DNA of 64,000 nucleotides from Chrysemys picta bellii (Eukaryota): NCBI RefSeq assembly GCF_011386835.1, contig NC_088801.1, positions 56,916,001 to 56,980,000 of the forward strand, in the 5' to 3' direction. A program made the translations under genes and the position numbers. Positions within the stretch are counted from its first letter, which is position 1; each line of letters starts with the position of its first letter. Below are positions 1 to 12,420 of the stretch, piece after piece. The notes beneath the pieces were generated by a model, which was not told the origin of the DNA, did no database searches, and was given only the letters and a program-made list of their open reading frames with translations.

Positions 1-1410
1 TAAACAATTACTTTATGTTAATCCCTTTTATATTCCATTCAACATAAGAGCTGCAGGCCTTTGTAATCTTACCCCTAAGAAGGTCCTCTGGTTGGTATGG
101 GGGCGTGAAGTAAACTTCAATTTGTGTGAAAGACAGAGAGTCCTTGTTTTGGAGATAAAGAGGATCTGAAGTATAAATAGGAATCAATCTAACATTGCAG
201 TGTGACTGAGTAACTAGACTGATGTGCAGAACATCAGGGGAGTTACCATCACTCTGAATGGAAATCCCTTTGTAAGGTACCTAACCAACGGGCTTGGACG
301 GTGTAATAAACCCTCTCCCTTGTTCCATCACAATCTGACCCCAGCATTGGCCAAATCTTTGGTTATGTTTGAAAATAGTTCAGTTAATTTTTTCTCCCAT
401 GGCTTCCCCCCACCCCCCAATCATATAGATCTCTAGGTCCCAGCCAGGCCTGGAAAGGCCAATGTGCTGTAAGGAAAAGGACACTCTTGGGGTATTTCTG
501 GTCTAACTGGAAGCAGAAACTACCAGAAGTCTCATGGGAGGGGAATCTGGTCTCTCAAGTATTGAAGACCCATGAAATTTGGACAGTTCAGGAAAGTTTC
601 AGATAAATATCCCTATACAAAATGCTTAACCCAGCTGAAATGAACCTTTTTAACGGTCTTCCCATCCTTAAAAGTAACATTCATAACAGTATGAGTCTTG
701 TGCTAAGTTCACTGGAGACACAGTAAATAACCTGGAACTCCAGATCTGAACTCTTAGAATTTCAGCCAATTCACATTGGACTCCAAATCCAAACCTATCT
801 ATTATGTGGAAGTAAGAAAAAGGTTAACCGTTCTCTACAAGAAGATATCAGCTCCTTGCCCTTGTTGCAGGGACCTGCAATCTCCTAGGGCAGGGTAGCT
901 GTGGGAGATCAGTGACTTTGCTCAGTCCCTTCAAAAGGAACCAGAGTGATGGGCTCAAGGAGAAAGTAGGGGATACCCATGGGCTGGAAAACCTTGATAC
1001 TGAGAAAGTCCTACCTCTCTTGGGCAAGCTGAAATAAATTTAGCCCCCTTTCCCATCTTGTACATACTCATGTTTCAAGACCTTGGTTTGTTTCTTTGGT
1101 TTTGCCTTTAAAGAGGCAAGGCACCGATTCTAGTTTTGTTAGTTACATGTAATAAATAATCACTGTCCAAAGAGCCTTGTGCCGAGCTTAGCATTTTATA
1201 TCCTGTCCCGACATGTCCACTATCCCACATTTCCTCTATGATTTAGCTTCTGGCTCAGATCGGAAACTGAAAGGGGTCTATCTTCTGGTTCAGGTCTGGA
1301 TGAAACTCACCATTGAATACAGTCATTTCTGGTCAAAGCCTGGCCAAGACCAAATTTTGGCATTGTCCAGTCCAGATCTCAGCCGCAGCCATGATTCAGC
1401 CCAAACCCAG

Positions 1411-1975
1411 AAATGATTAGGGGCATGGAACAGCTTCCATACGAGAGATGAAAAAGACTGGGACTGTTCATCTTAAAAAGAGATGACTAAGGGGGGATAA
1501 AGGTCTATAAAATTATGAATGGTGTGGAGAAAGTGAATAAGGAAGTGTTATTTACTCCTTCACATAACACATAAACCAGAGGTCACCCAATGAAATTAAT
1601 AGACAGCAGTTTTAAAATAAACATAAGGAAGTACTTCTTCACACAACACACAGTCAACCCGTGGAACTCATTGCCAGGGGATATTGTGAACGCCAAAAAA
1701 TATAATTGTGTTAAAAAAAAGAATTAGGTAAGTTCATGGAGGCTAGGTCCACCAAAGGCTATTAGCCAAGATGATCAGAGACACAACCCCTTTTCTCTGG
1801 ATGTCCCTAAACCTCTGAGTGCTAGAAGCTGGGACTGGACAACAGGGGATGAATCGCTCAATAGTTTGCCCTGTTTTGTTCATCCTCTCTGAAGCATCTG
1901 ACATGGGCTACTGTCAGAAAAAAGGATACTGGGCTAGATGGACCATTGGCCTGACCCAGTATGGCCATTCTTGTA
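1411..1975 (+). mobile_element. CR1 LINE 3' fragment (end of ORF2 plus 3' UTR), degenerate
   Basis: Collinear with the 3' part of the CR1 copy at 25550-26103 (ATGATTAGGGG..., GGACTG, ACAGTCAACCCGTGGAACTCATTGCC, ...ACCCAGTATGGCCATTCTT). Confidence 0.9.
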
Positions 1976-1984
1976 CTCATATGT

Positions 1985-4411
1985 TTGTGTTGAGCCTGCA
2001 AAAGGTTTTCTCTGGCAAACGCTCCCAGTTCTTTAGGTTGTCTCCATAACTGGAGAATGTACAAGATCATGAATGACCATGGAGGGTCCTGTATTTCCCA
2101 GGATACTCGCAATAGATCTAGAGTGCCATTGGGTTGTCTTCCATACCAGAGCATGAAAGGTGGAAAGCCCATGGAGGATCGGGGGCGTCTTTCCTGTTGG
2201 TGAATAGCAGAGGTGTGAGTAGTTGTTCCCAATGTTGGGAGTCCGCATTCACAACATTTCTCTTAAAGTTTGATTAGAAAGTTTTACCAGGCCATCCATT
2301 TGTGGGTGGCAAACTAATGTTCACAGTGTTTTAGCTTTCAATAGGTTGTATAGTTCCTTCCTAACTGGCACATGAAATTAAAGCCTTGATTGATCAGGAT
2401 TTCTTTAGGGATTCCCAACTGAGAAAACAGTTTCAGCAGTTCATTTGCTATGGTGGCTGTGTTAGTTGATCATAGTAGAATGACCTGGAAGGACTGTGTG
2501 ACATGACTAAAATGTGCTGATGCCCTAGTCAGGAACTATAACAGCCGCTCACGTCTTTATGGATACCCGGCCAATAAAAATGGGTGTCAATTTGGTTGAG
2601 AGTTTTTTCCTTCCCCAGGTGCTCTGCACATGGTATCTTATGTATTGGCCTCATTACCTCGCTCTTATAAATGGTAGGGGACCAGAAATTGGGGTCTGAC
2701 TTCGTTCATCTGCTTATCTCGCTCAACATGGTATATCCACTCACCCCAGAGTCCAAAACGAGGCCCTGACTCAGTAGTTCGGGTTTCAGTGTTTCTCCAT
2801 TTGTCACAGGCTCAGCTATTTTCGTACACAGTCAGTGTTCCAGGCAAGAATGTTGGTGCTAGGGTCATCGGTCTCTATCATCATCAAGACCCGAGGCAGT
2901 GGATTCCCACGCCCTAAGGGCCCTTCCTTAGGGTCAGGTTGTTCATCTACCCCTTGTCTCTGACTGCCAAAAAGGGATGGTCTTTTATGGGAGTGTCTCC
3001 CACAGTCTGCTAGCGCTTCTTGTAAGTACTGCCAGTCTCTGCCTAGTATAACCAGGTATGCTAAATAGGGGCCAACCTGACAAGAAGGTTGGCTGTACAG
3101 CTCTTCAAGGTCAGTTGTATGTTTCATGGTGGGTAAGGCTTCACATCATCACGTATGCACTAGAGCCTTCTTGTCTGACTAATTGTTCCCATACCAGGGT
3201 CTGTTCAAAGACATAGTCTACTAGTCAGTTGACCCTTTTCCCATTGATTTGTACGGACACCACTAGTTTTGCTGATGCATTCTTCCAAGATCAAGTCTCG
3301 GCTGACCATACTTACCCATAATTACATTCCATACGGGTCTGTCCCAGCATGAGCAGCATACCCATAGGGCTGCGGGAGCATTGGGTTCTGTTTAAGGGTT
3401 TGCAGTCTCACTGGAGGAGTCATTTGGGAGCCCCTATTTGGTATTCCCAATGCATTTAACAGTCTCTGTTTTCACACAAGGAAATCCCTTTCTGGACAAC
3501 CATCGTGTTCCAGGGGCCCTGAGACATGTCCCCACTCCCTGGCATTCCCTGCTGCCCAAGTCTGTTTCTGGGGGCCCACTCCAAGGTTGTCTTTCCCCTC
3601 GACTGGTCCTGGGCTCTGTTCGGTCAGGTCCTCTTGTTCTCAGTACATGGTTTCCTAGAGCTACCTGAAGCAATATAATTTTCAACAAGATGGACTGCCT
3701 CTGCCAACATCTCTGGGCGATGTTTTAATAACCAGTCCGTTCGCTCAAGCCCTGGGCACCACTCAGGGTCATGCTCCTGGGGGGCACTTCTCTTCTTGGA
3801 TCTTTTCCATAATAGCTAACTAGTTGAGAATAGCTGTTTTGACTTCTGGGCAGTCCTGCGCATCCATCGAGTCCATTTCTCAGTACACTGCCTAGGCGGA
3901 TCTGGTGAGGACAGGGGCCAAGCAGGGTGGCCCAATGTTCCTGCAGCCACTTGGTTGCCCAAACCTCCATTTCCAATGCTATAAGGAAGGACTTGGTGTC
4001 ATGATCTGGGCCCATTTTTGCTAACTTTATCATTATGGATGGGGCTGGGATGGTCAGATTTGTTGGGGGCCCCCAGCCACCCTGGGTCAATTTGAAGACA
4101 GATATTTGTTGGACCAACTGTTGCTATTATTTCCCTTAGCAGACGTTGTTGTTGTCGCGCCATCTGTTGCTGCTGCTATGTAGCTAATTGTTGTAGCAGC
4201 TGCTGTTGCTGCTGCAGGGGGCTCATAGCTGTTGGCTTTCTGTCCACCATTTCATAGGCCTGTCCGAGTCCATCTTTCTTAGACGGTTGGTGGGTATAAA
4301 GTAACTGTCTTTTCTTTTTTCTCCCAGCTCCCCTTATGTCAGAGGAAACCTAATGCCCACTTTTCTCTATTTGTCACCATTCTCAAGCTGCTGACGGGCA
4401 CCTCCTACTGG
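1985..4411 (-). mobile_element. Gmr1-type Gypsy LTR retrotransposon internal region (gag with SCAN-like domain, protease, integrase; RT/RH missing), heavily degenerate
   Basis: Minus-strand translations, 5' to 3': Q-rich gag start; KLAKMGPDHDTKSFLIALE...WLQEHWATLLGP (ORF 3725-4117); degenerate protease (VQINGKK...QTLV); integrase Zn finger (IPCAEHLGKEKTLNQIDTHFYWPGIHKDV); integrase core (GIPKEILINQGFNFM...HPQMDGLV); SSMGFPPFMLWYGRQPNGTLDLL (ORF 1858-2232). Integrase follows protease directly. Confidence 0.85.
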
Positions 4412-4860
4412 ACAGGCACTGAAAAGTCCTTAGATTCTCTAACCCTGAGAGGGGCAGATGTAGCAGCACCAACTGCCTAATCAGCTTGCCGTGGGGCTTG
4501 CTGAACTTGTCTTACCCAGACAGTAAACCAGAGTCGTAGTCGCCTTGTAAGCACAGGGAGGGCTGGTATATAGCCTTCCTGAGGGCAGGTCCCCTGAAAG
4601 CTTTCAGAGGTCTTCTTTGGGAGCTGTAAAGCTGCGGTCTGATCTCCCCGGAGCTGCCCAGCAACTTTCGGGAACTTCCTGTTATTAAAAGCCCTGGATG
4701 GGATTGATGGGGCAAAACATATGGGGCCAGGCTTGCCCACTGCAGCTTTTTTACCCCTTCATCACTGATGTGGGGGTTTATATATCGCATCATACATGCC
4801 TAGACTTCAGCTGGCCTTGTGTACATGTACTGGTGCCTACCACTGGAGGGGATCACAGTT
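4412..4860 (-). mobile_element. Probable 5' LTR of the Gmr1-type element (boundaries uncertain)
   Basis: Lies immediately upstream of gag on the minus strand. Minus-strand TATATA at about 4566-4571. A PBS-like segment (plus-strand CGGGCACCTCCTACT) lies just below 4412. Confidence 0.45.
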
Positions 4861-7800
4861 GCTTAGCTGTGTGTTATATGTCAGGATTCTCCTTTACATC
4901 AAGTGGGAGGAGGATTTGCATTCTGTCCCCGCTGTGGCTGTGAAATTCCAAGAGGCCATAACGTGCAGCACAGTGACAATCTCAAAAGTGCCCAGCTAGC
5001 CACAGATCAGTTACAATCCAATTTTCTAAACTACTTTCTGATCTTGGAGAAAAACAGCTTGCCAAGATGAAAGCTGCTACGCTGATAAATTCCAGCCTTT
5101 TTTCCAGGGCGACCCAACTAAATTCTGACCTCTTCTGTGTGATGTATGTTAGTGCTTTTCCATTGGGCATCTTCTCTACTCTTCCAGCTTGCTCTCCATT
5201 CTCTTCCCAAAGTAGACTTCTTGTCTATTTCTAGCTTGACTAAACTACAATCAAAGGAACAGACAGGATGGCAGACAATTCTAGCAAAACAATGCCAATA
5301 GGTTTAATTCAATCCTGCATTCTTGTCCAGTACCTGTTTGCCTGCAATCATGATGGCAAACAGCTATTGCAACATTCATGGGGCAACAGTGCTATCTGCC
5401 TGCATTGCATTGGCCTTTCAGAGGAGATATACAAGCCATAACAGACAGCACTTTGTGCACATTTTGTATCTGCTGCATTATTCAGAAGAGATATGGTTAA
5501 AACTAAATATATTACTACTTTACACTTTAAATTAATTCAGTCTAAGTTCAGTTAAGTGTTAAAAAGCTTGAGTGTCTTGCAATTCCTAGAAGAGGACAGA
5601 TCTTTTCCAAAAGCTAGGTTGAACTTAAAGTAGATACAACATAATACTTTGTGTTTTCTTTCTCTCTCTTTCCTCCCAGCCCTAAGATTAGCATAAAAAT
5701 GTGCTCTCCTAACTAAGCAGTCTGTTAACTGATAAGCTATCAAAAAATCATCTGTTATTTTTATAGCTCAAAGGCAGATGCCATTTCAAGAACCAGAGTT
5801 GATTGAGTAGGATTTTTAGTGCTTCATAGATTTGTCATTGTAAACTTGAGGTATTTTAAAACAGAATGATTCGAGTCTTGAAATATTACCCCCAGAGCAA
5901 TCAAGCATTAGGATTTTGCTAGTTTTAAATTTTATCCTGGATGAAATCATTTCATCTCATATCATAAAGAATTTCACTTGTTTTCTAATGTTTGCACTAA
6001 AGAGCTTTTCTGCATTAAGTCCAGACCAGTGTAATTACTCAAAGCATGGAAGTTAAAGCTTCCTAAGCTATTTCTGTAGGGCTCCTTTCTGCCAGTAGTT
6101 TGTTTTATGGGGACCCCACATGGAAAAGCATAATCAAGCTCACTGTACCAAGTTTAATGTCTTGGTATAACAAGGCACGCCTCCAATATCTCTCCTAAGG
6201 TGCTGCTGTAGGGTGTGCAGACCCCAACTCATAAAGCCTAGGACTAGATACAGATCCTATCATGGGAAAAGAAAGATGCCATCAACAACCACTTAACAAA
6301 CCTTTCACACACCCTAATTAAAATATATGTTGAATTTCCTATAGTAAAGGTAATATAGCAAGTAGAATGTGCAACACAGGAAGTGAGAAACTAAACAAGG
6401 AAAGTAAGAAAAACATGAAACATAACCCCATGTTATGTGTGAAGTGGTCTGTGCATTGAGAAACCATGTATCGCTACGTACAAGCAATCAATAACACAGT
6501 GAAGAACTGAAGAGTTCCATTGTGGTTCTTTTAGAATGAGGTACAGGCATTAATTTGAATGAAAAGTTTGCCATCTGTTATTGTGATTAATATAGAGCTT
6601 GTGTAAGGTCTGTGAGCCATTTACATCAAAATAAAGGTGTGCTGGTCTACCACGGCTGCTCTTCCACATTTTAAAACAATCAGAACAATTAGAAGTACAT
6701 CTGGGTTGATGCCCTCTTAGAAACAAGCATGACATTACCCCAGAGGAGAATTAGCAGGAGTGTTGTAACCTCTATGTCACCAATTTTCAGAGGTACTTGC
6801 CACTGAAACACATCATCATTAACGTGATGTTAGGTAGGAGGTCATTCTTCTTCACCCTCACTTGCTTTGGCCCAGCTTAGTTGTGCAGAAATTTGAAAAT
6901 TTGTCCCACTATAGTTTAATACAGATTTCACTGAACAAATTTAAGGAACAATAGGAAAGGTATCTGTCTAAATAAAGAGAGACTTTTCAGCTCTTTGTTG
7001 TCTCAGGTGTAGAACCTTTCTTATGTAATTACCCTAGTGATGTGGTGTGATTATGAACAAGAGGGAAGTGGTCCAGAAGACATTCTCTCTGATTAGACAA
7101 GTCCACACTATGAAAAAGTCTGAGAATTTCTGGTCTGTGCAATGGGTTGATTGTGCACAGAGTTCAACTGATTTGTCTTGCAGAGATGAGGGCCTCCCTG
7201 GAAGTGACAGGGGTCACGGCCTCTAATCCTGTAGATGTCTGAAGATCTTTAGGGAAGTCTGGTTTCGTCTTGTATCTTGGGACATCTGCCCAGAGAGTGC
7301 TCCCCTCCATGCTACCCCCACAGTAAATGCAACTTGAAAACAATGCTGCTATTAGCTCCCGTGTTGTGGCTACTCATCATGCCCCTCTCTGCAGGAGACG
7401 TCACACAGAGACACTTAATGCTGCAAGGATCAGTGTAAACATTTATAAGCATTTTTGCCCGGAATACAGTCGCTGCTCCCAGAGCCACACGACCCCCAAA
7501 CCAGCAAAGCCTGAACTGCACAGTTTACACACAAGGGACTTTGGTGTTTCCTGGGGAGAGCAAAGGGAACATAGCAGATAGCAAGGAGGGTAAAACCTCT
7601 GAGCGAGGCTTGCACTCTGCTCATATTTCGACTGCTTCGCTCCTCTCCACACTGTACAGAGGAAGGCAGCCTAGGACCAGATTATTATGAACAGTGGCTG
7701 GAGCAGTGAAAGAGGAAATCAACATCTTAGTGACATTGGAAATGTGATGTGCAGATTCCTCTTCTAACCCCTCTGACACTAAGAGGAATTATTTTCGCTT

Positions 7801-8611
7801 TCCAGTGTTTTCAAGGGTGCACTGAAGATTGTACCTTGTTCCAAAATTAATGCAATGCTTTAGTGCAAGCAATGGAGACTTTTACCTAAATCAATTAATT
7901 ACACTGCTCTACAGCCAAAATGCTTCTGAAATAAATGTAGTCAAACTTTACTAATTCTGGGTCACTGAGAACGAAAATGATGCTTAAAATTGTTGATTGG
8001 CTCTAGTTTTCCAGATATGCTATTGGGTCAGTATATACGACCCTTGACTTGGGAATGGCGGAGGATAAGTGAGTTATAAAGGGAAGGGATCTCAATTTAA
8101 ACCAGAAATGACTAAAATACATCTTTGACTGGATCTATGAATAAATCTATGACTGGGTTTGGACAGTACTTGCTTTTTAGGCAAAACAATGAATGATGCA
8201 ATCTGAAGCTGGTATTGCATCATCCATGATAAGAATTGCATCATGTTATTCCTAGAAGTCATGGATGATGCAATCATAACGAAGCTTACATCACTCTGCT
8301 GAACAAATTGCCCTAGATCAGCTCTAGAAATCATACAGTGTCGTGCTCTTATTTGTCAGTGTTTGATTTTGCAAAGGGACACATTTCTGTTTAGCCAAAG
8401 TGAGCAGAGATCCCTCGTACTTGTGTGAACAGTGCAGATAACTTCTGCTATGTTTGTGGTGAAGTGACTTTTGCATCACAAAAGCGCAGTATAACCACTA
8501 TGGTTAAGAAAGCCCATCACCTTTATTTTGGCTGCAAAATTGGAGATCAGGACAAGAGGTGGGCCCCACACATATGCTGCAACACTTGTGCAACAAATCT
8601 TCACCAGTGGT

Positions 8612-9325
8612 TAGGGTTACCATACGTCTGGATTTTCCCAGACATGTCCGGCTTTTTGGGCCTCAAATCCCCATCCAGGAGGAAATCCCAAAAAGCCGGA
8701 CATGTCTGGGAAAATAGGGAGGGAGGAACCGGCGGTGCTCGGCCGGGGGCCGGCGGTGCGGGGCCAGGCGGTGCTCGGCTGGGGGCCGGGCCCGGCAGTG
8801 CTTGGCCGGGGGCAGCGGTGCTCGGCCCGGGGGCCGGCGGTGCGGGGCCGGGGGCTGGCGGTGCGGAGCCGGGGCTGCTTGGCCGGGGGTGCTTGGCCGG
8901 GGCTGGGCCGGGGGTGCTCGGCCAGGGGCCAGGCCGGGGCCAGTGGTGCGGAGCCGGGGTCGGGGGCCGGCGGTGTGCGGCCGGGGGACGGCGCCCGGTG
9001 CCCCAGGGCCCATGCCAAGCTGGGCGGGAGATGCCAGGGCCAGAGCCTCTTAGCCTGGGCTGGCCTGCCGCCGGAGGGAGACGGACTGGGCCACGCCCCC
9101 CGCCCCAGCTTGCCTGCTGCTTCAGGCTTCCCACGAATCAAATGTTCGCGGAAAGCGGGGGAGGGGGAGGGGCAGTGGGGTGAAGCATCCAGGAGAGGGG
9201 GCGGAGTTGGGGTGGGACCGGGAAGGGGCAGGGCTGGGGCAGGAGGCAGGGAAGGGGCAGAGTTGGGGCGGGGCCAGGGCCCGTGGAGTTTCCTCTTTTT
9301 ACACACTTAAAATATGGTAACCCTA
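8612..9325. mobile_element. Non-autonomous hAT element (TAGGG-ended, Tip100-like), 714 bp
   Basis: Perfect 13-bp TIR TAGGGTTACCATA / TATGGTAACCCTA. Perfect 8-bp TSD CCAGTGGT (8604-8611 and 9326-9333). Removing it restores the transposase frame (LHQW-LNRKRKS). Confidence 0.95.
8727..8995. repeat. GC-rich variant minisatellite (core about GGTGCTCGGCCGGGG) inside the hAT MITE
   Basis: Repeated GGTGC(T/G)(C/G)GGCCGGGG-type units. These explain the overlapping G/P/A-rich ORFs on both strands. Confidence 0.85.
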
Positions 9326-12189
9326 CCAGTGGTTGAACAGGAAAAGGAAATCTATGCCTTTTGCAGTGCTAATGATTTGGAGAGAGCCAACAGATCATAC
9401 CAGCAATTGTTACTTCTGCATGGTGCCTCCAGTTGGGATAGGTGTGTCAAAAGAAGAAAAAGTGGACTATGCATTATCCAAACATTCCATCAGCTATACA
9501 CCCAGTACCCCACGGAGAAGGGCTGCCGATTCCTGATGCACCAAAATCATTCTCACTTGAGTCAGACGAGGAAGAGGAAGAGGATGAAACTTCTGGTCCT
9601 GAACCATCGATGTGACAGGACCCACATTTTCTCCCATCCTCCTCCTCTGAACCACACCTCATAACAGAAGGTGAACTGAATGACCTTGTCAGGGATTTGG
9701 AACTACCCAAGAGTAAGGCAGAGCTGTTGGGCTCCAGATTACAGCAGTGGAATCTCCTGGCAGGTGATGTTAGAGTTTCCATGTTCCGTGACCGTCAAAA
9801 GGATCTTGTCCCATTCTTCTTCATGCAAGGTCATCTTGTAGCCTGCAACAACATCGATGGTGTGATGGCAGCCCTCAACATCGTTCACGATCCAGATGAG
9901 TGGAGACTGTTCATTGATTCATTGAAGACGAGTCTTAAAGCTGTTTTACTGCATAATGGCAATGTTTTGCCATCAATTCCAGTTGGTCATGCAATCCATA
10001 TGAAGGAAACCTATGACAACAACATGAAACAACTTTTGAGGTGCATAAACTATGACCAACATCAGTGACAGCTTTGTGGCGATTTGAAGGTTGTTGCTCT
10101 CTTGCTTGGTGTGCAGACTGGATACACAAAGTACTGCTGTTTTCTCTACGAATGGGATAGTCGTGCAAGAGATTCCCACTACATTAAGAAAGATTGGCCA
10201 CTCCAACAGTCATTGGAGCCTGGGAGGAAAAGTGTTCAGCATCCACCACTTGTTGAATCAAGGAAGATTTTGTTACCACCCTTACACATCAAGCTGGGTC
10301 TGATGAAGAACTTTGTCAAGGCCATTGACAAAACACAAGCAGCTTTCAAGTACCTCCATGGAAAATTTCCAAGGTTAAGTGAAGCTAAGATAAAGGAAGG
10401 TGTCTTTGTTGGTCCTCAGATTTGTGAACTTCTTCGAGATGATGCATTTGACCATGCACTGCGTGGCAAGGAAAAGACGGCATGGAAAGCCTTCCAGTTA
10501 GTGGCAATAAATTTTCTCAGAAACAATAAGGCCGACAACTACAAGTTGTTGGTGGAAAACCTCCTCAAGGCATACAAAAGCCTTGGTTGCAACATGTCAC
10601 TAAAGATACATTTTTTGCACTCTCATCTAGATTTTTTTCTACCGAACTGCGGAGCAGTAAGCGACGAGTACGGCGAGCGATTTCACCACGACATTGCAAC
10701 AATGGAGAAACACTATCAGGGCAAATGGAGCCCATCAATGCTTGCAGACTATTGCTGGACAGTGACAAGAGATGCTCCATTTAATGAATACAAGAGACAA
10801 GCCAAGAAACGCGGAGTAGACACTGAATAGGACTGAACTATGTACATAATAGTTTTTTGCCTTTTGTTTCAGAATAAATTTTATTTATATAACTCTTTTG
10901 CTGATTTTTAAAGTGTTACATAAACAGGACAGGTGAAATATCATGTAAAGCAACCATAAAGACATGAAAAGACCTAGGTTTACAATTTATGATTAAAACT
11001 CTACTATCTACACAATATACATAGACATAAAATGTAAAAACTTAAATATCTTAGAAACAGTAGCCCATCAGTTGTTTTAATTGTCATATTTGAATTCAGC
11101 ACATCAAAATACATAATAAATAGCACATTTTATCTCTGAAGCAGACGACGTCTCAAAAATTGTAGACCAGTGGTTATTTAATATGGATTTACATTCTGCC
11201 CACACCTACCCTGACCATATAACCAAGCCTAGTAAAATACCCAACCAGGTGAAAAAGCAGCTGAGTAAAATAGGACAGACTTTTAATGACATTGGGCCAA
11301 GTTCTTTCCTTACTTCATTAATGTGGCCATCAGTTCTAGCAGCCAGTCCCCCAGGAGTCTCAGCCTTTGTCCCTTGTCTCCCAAAGACAGAGGCACAGAT
11401 GTTTTTCTTACCAAAAATAGTTAAAAGTCACCAAATAGCTCTGTACTTATGAGGCCAACCTTTCCTGACCTTTCTGGCTAGACCAACTCCTGTTACATTA
11501 ACCTCTGACTTCAAGCCCCCTTAATGGCAATATTCCTGGATAGTATAATTTCCCTCCCACCGTGTTGGCTCAGGGAAATATTTGCTATCTCAGCATTAGA
11601 ATTTATTTTCCAAGAGAAGCGGCAGCGATCACCCTATTCTGCCCCCCCCCCCATTTGATACCAGAAATAGGCTTTTCTGAGATATAATTTTACACCAGAA
11701 ATGTGTGTCACGGTCTCCTTAGTGTTATAAGAAGACCTGGCTTCCTATCCAAATCAAACAAGGACCTTGTCAGATTCAAGATGGACAGAAACAAGAAATG
11801 GGAGCCTGTAATTGGTGATGGAAATCAGATAAGCCCTCTTTAAATACAACCATTGATAGAGAAATGAGTACTCAAATTACCTTTGATTAAGACGTTTAAA
11901 AAATAAAGCCAGGGGGAGGGCTTAGTAAAACCAGCCTGGTAAATAAAATCACTGAGAAGGGATGAGGGGGTTATTTTAGTTTGTCAGACTCTGAAATTTA
12001 GGAGAAGCAGAATTAAAGTCACTGAAAAAATGTAAATCAAGTGGAAATATATTGATCTCTCTCCTCCCCTAAACAACCCTATTATCTAGGATATGGTGTG
12101 TTCTGCAGAGGAACCATGCCAGGACACACAGCCTTCTCTACTGATTGGGCACACAAGCTTTTAATATTAATGTCTAACTACCTAGATAG

Positions 12190-12420
12190 TCACATGGCCC
12201 TTGTGACCTTGCATCTGAGTGTGCCCCACAATTTTAACATGTTCGATCGCAATACCCTGGGAGGTAGAGAAGTTGGATCATCCCAATTTTACAGAGGGAA
12301 ACTGAGGCACAGAAAGACAACATGACTTCTTCAGAGGCACACAGGACTTCTGTAGCAGAGCTGGGAATTGAACTTATGTTGCCTGAGTCCCAGGCCAGTG
12401 GCTTAACCACAACAAGATCA
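12190..12420 (-). mobile_element. MIR-type CORE-SINE
   Basis: CORE motif CCCAATTTTACAGAGGGAAACTGAGGCACAG followed by GGTCACACAG-like sequence and a reverse tRNA-like head. Confidence 0.8.

Larger units (their letters stand above)
8410..10830 (+). pseudogene. Chapaev3 transposase pseudogene
   Basis: N-terminal Cys-rich Chapa-type domain (NFCYVCGE...YFGCKIGDQDKRWAPHICCNTC...MPFAVLMIWREPTDHTSNCYFC), then WRLFIDS, LKAVLLHNGN, GDLKVVALLLG, LPPLHIKLGLMKNFVKA, KIHFLHSHLDFF, SDEYGERFHHDI. Lesions: likely ATG>ATC at 8410, hAT insertion 8612-9325, +1 frameshift at about 9448, TGA at 9613-9615 and 10066-10068. Natural stop TAG at 10828-10830. Confidence 0.9.
7902..11172 (+). mobile_element. Chapaev3-type (CMC superfamily) DNA transposon, near full length
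   Basis: Termini CACTGCTCTACA (7902) and TGTAGACCAGTG (ends 11172) match at 11/12. Patchy inverted similarity continues for about 120 bp. Flanks are ATTA / GTTA. A single internal transposase is present. Confidence 0.9.

Noticed and set aside
8425-9310. Several long overlapping G/P/A/R-rich ORFs on both strands (up to 252 aa)
   Set aside because: They are read-through of the GC minisatellite in the hAT MITE. Only the first ~63 codons of 8425-9183 are real transposase sequence.
11167-11174. The Chapaev right end plus flank reads CCAGTGGT, identical to the hAT TSD at 8604
   Set aside because: A single 8-mer match with no mechanism I can support, most likely chance.
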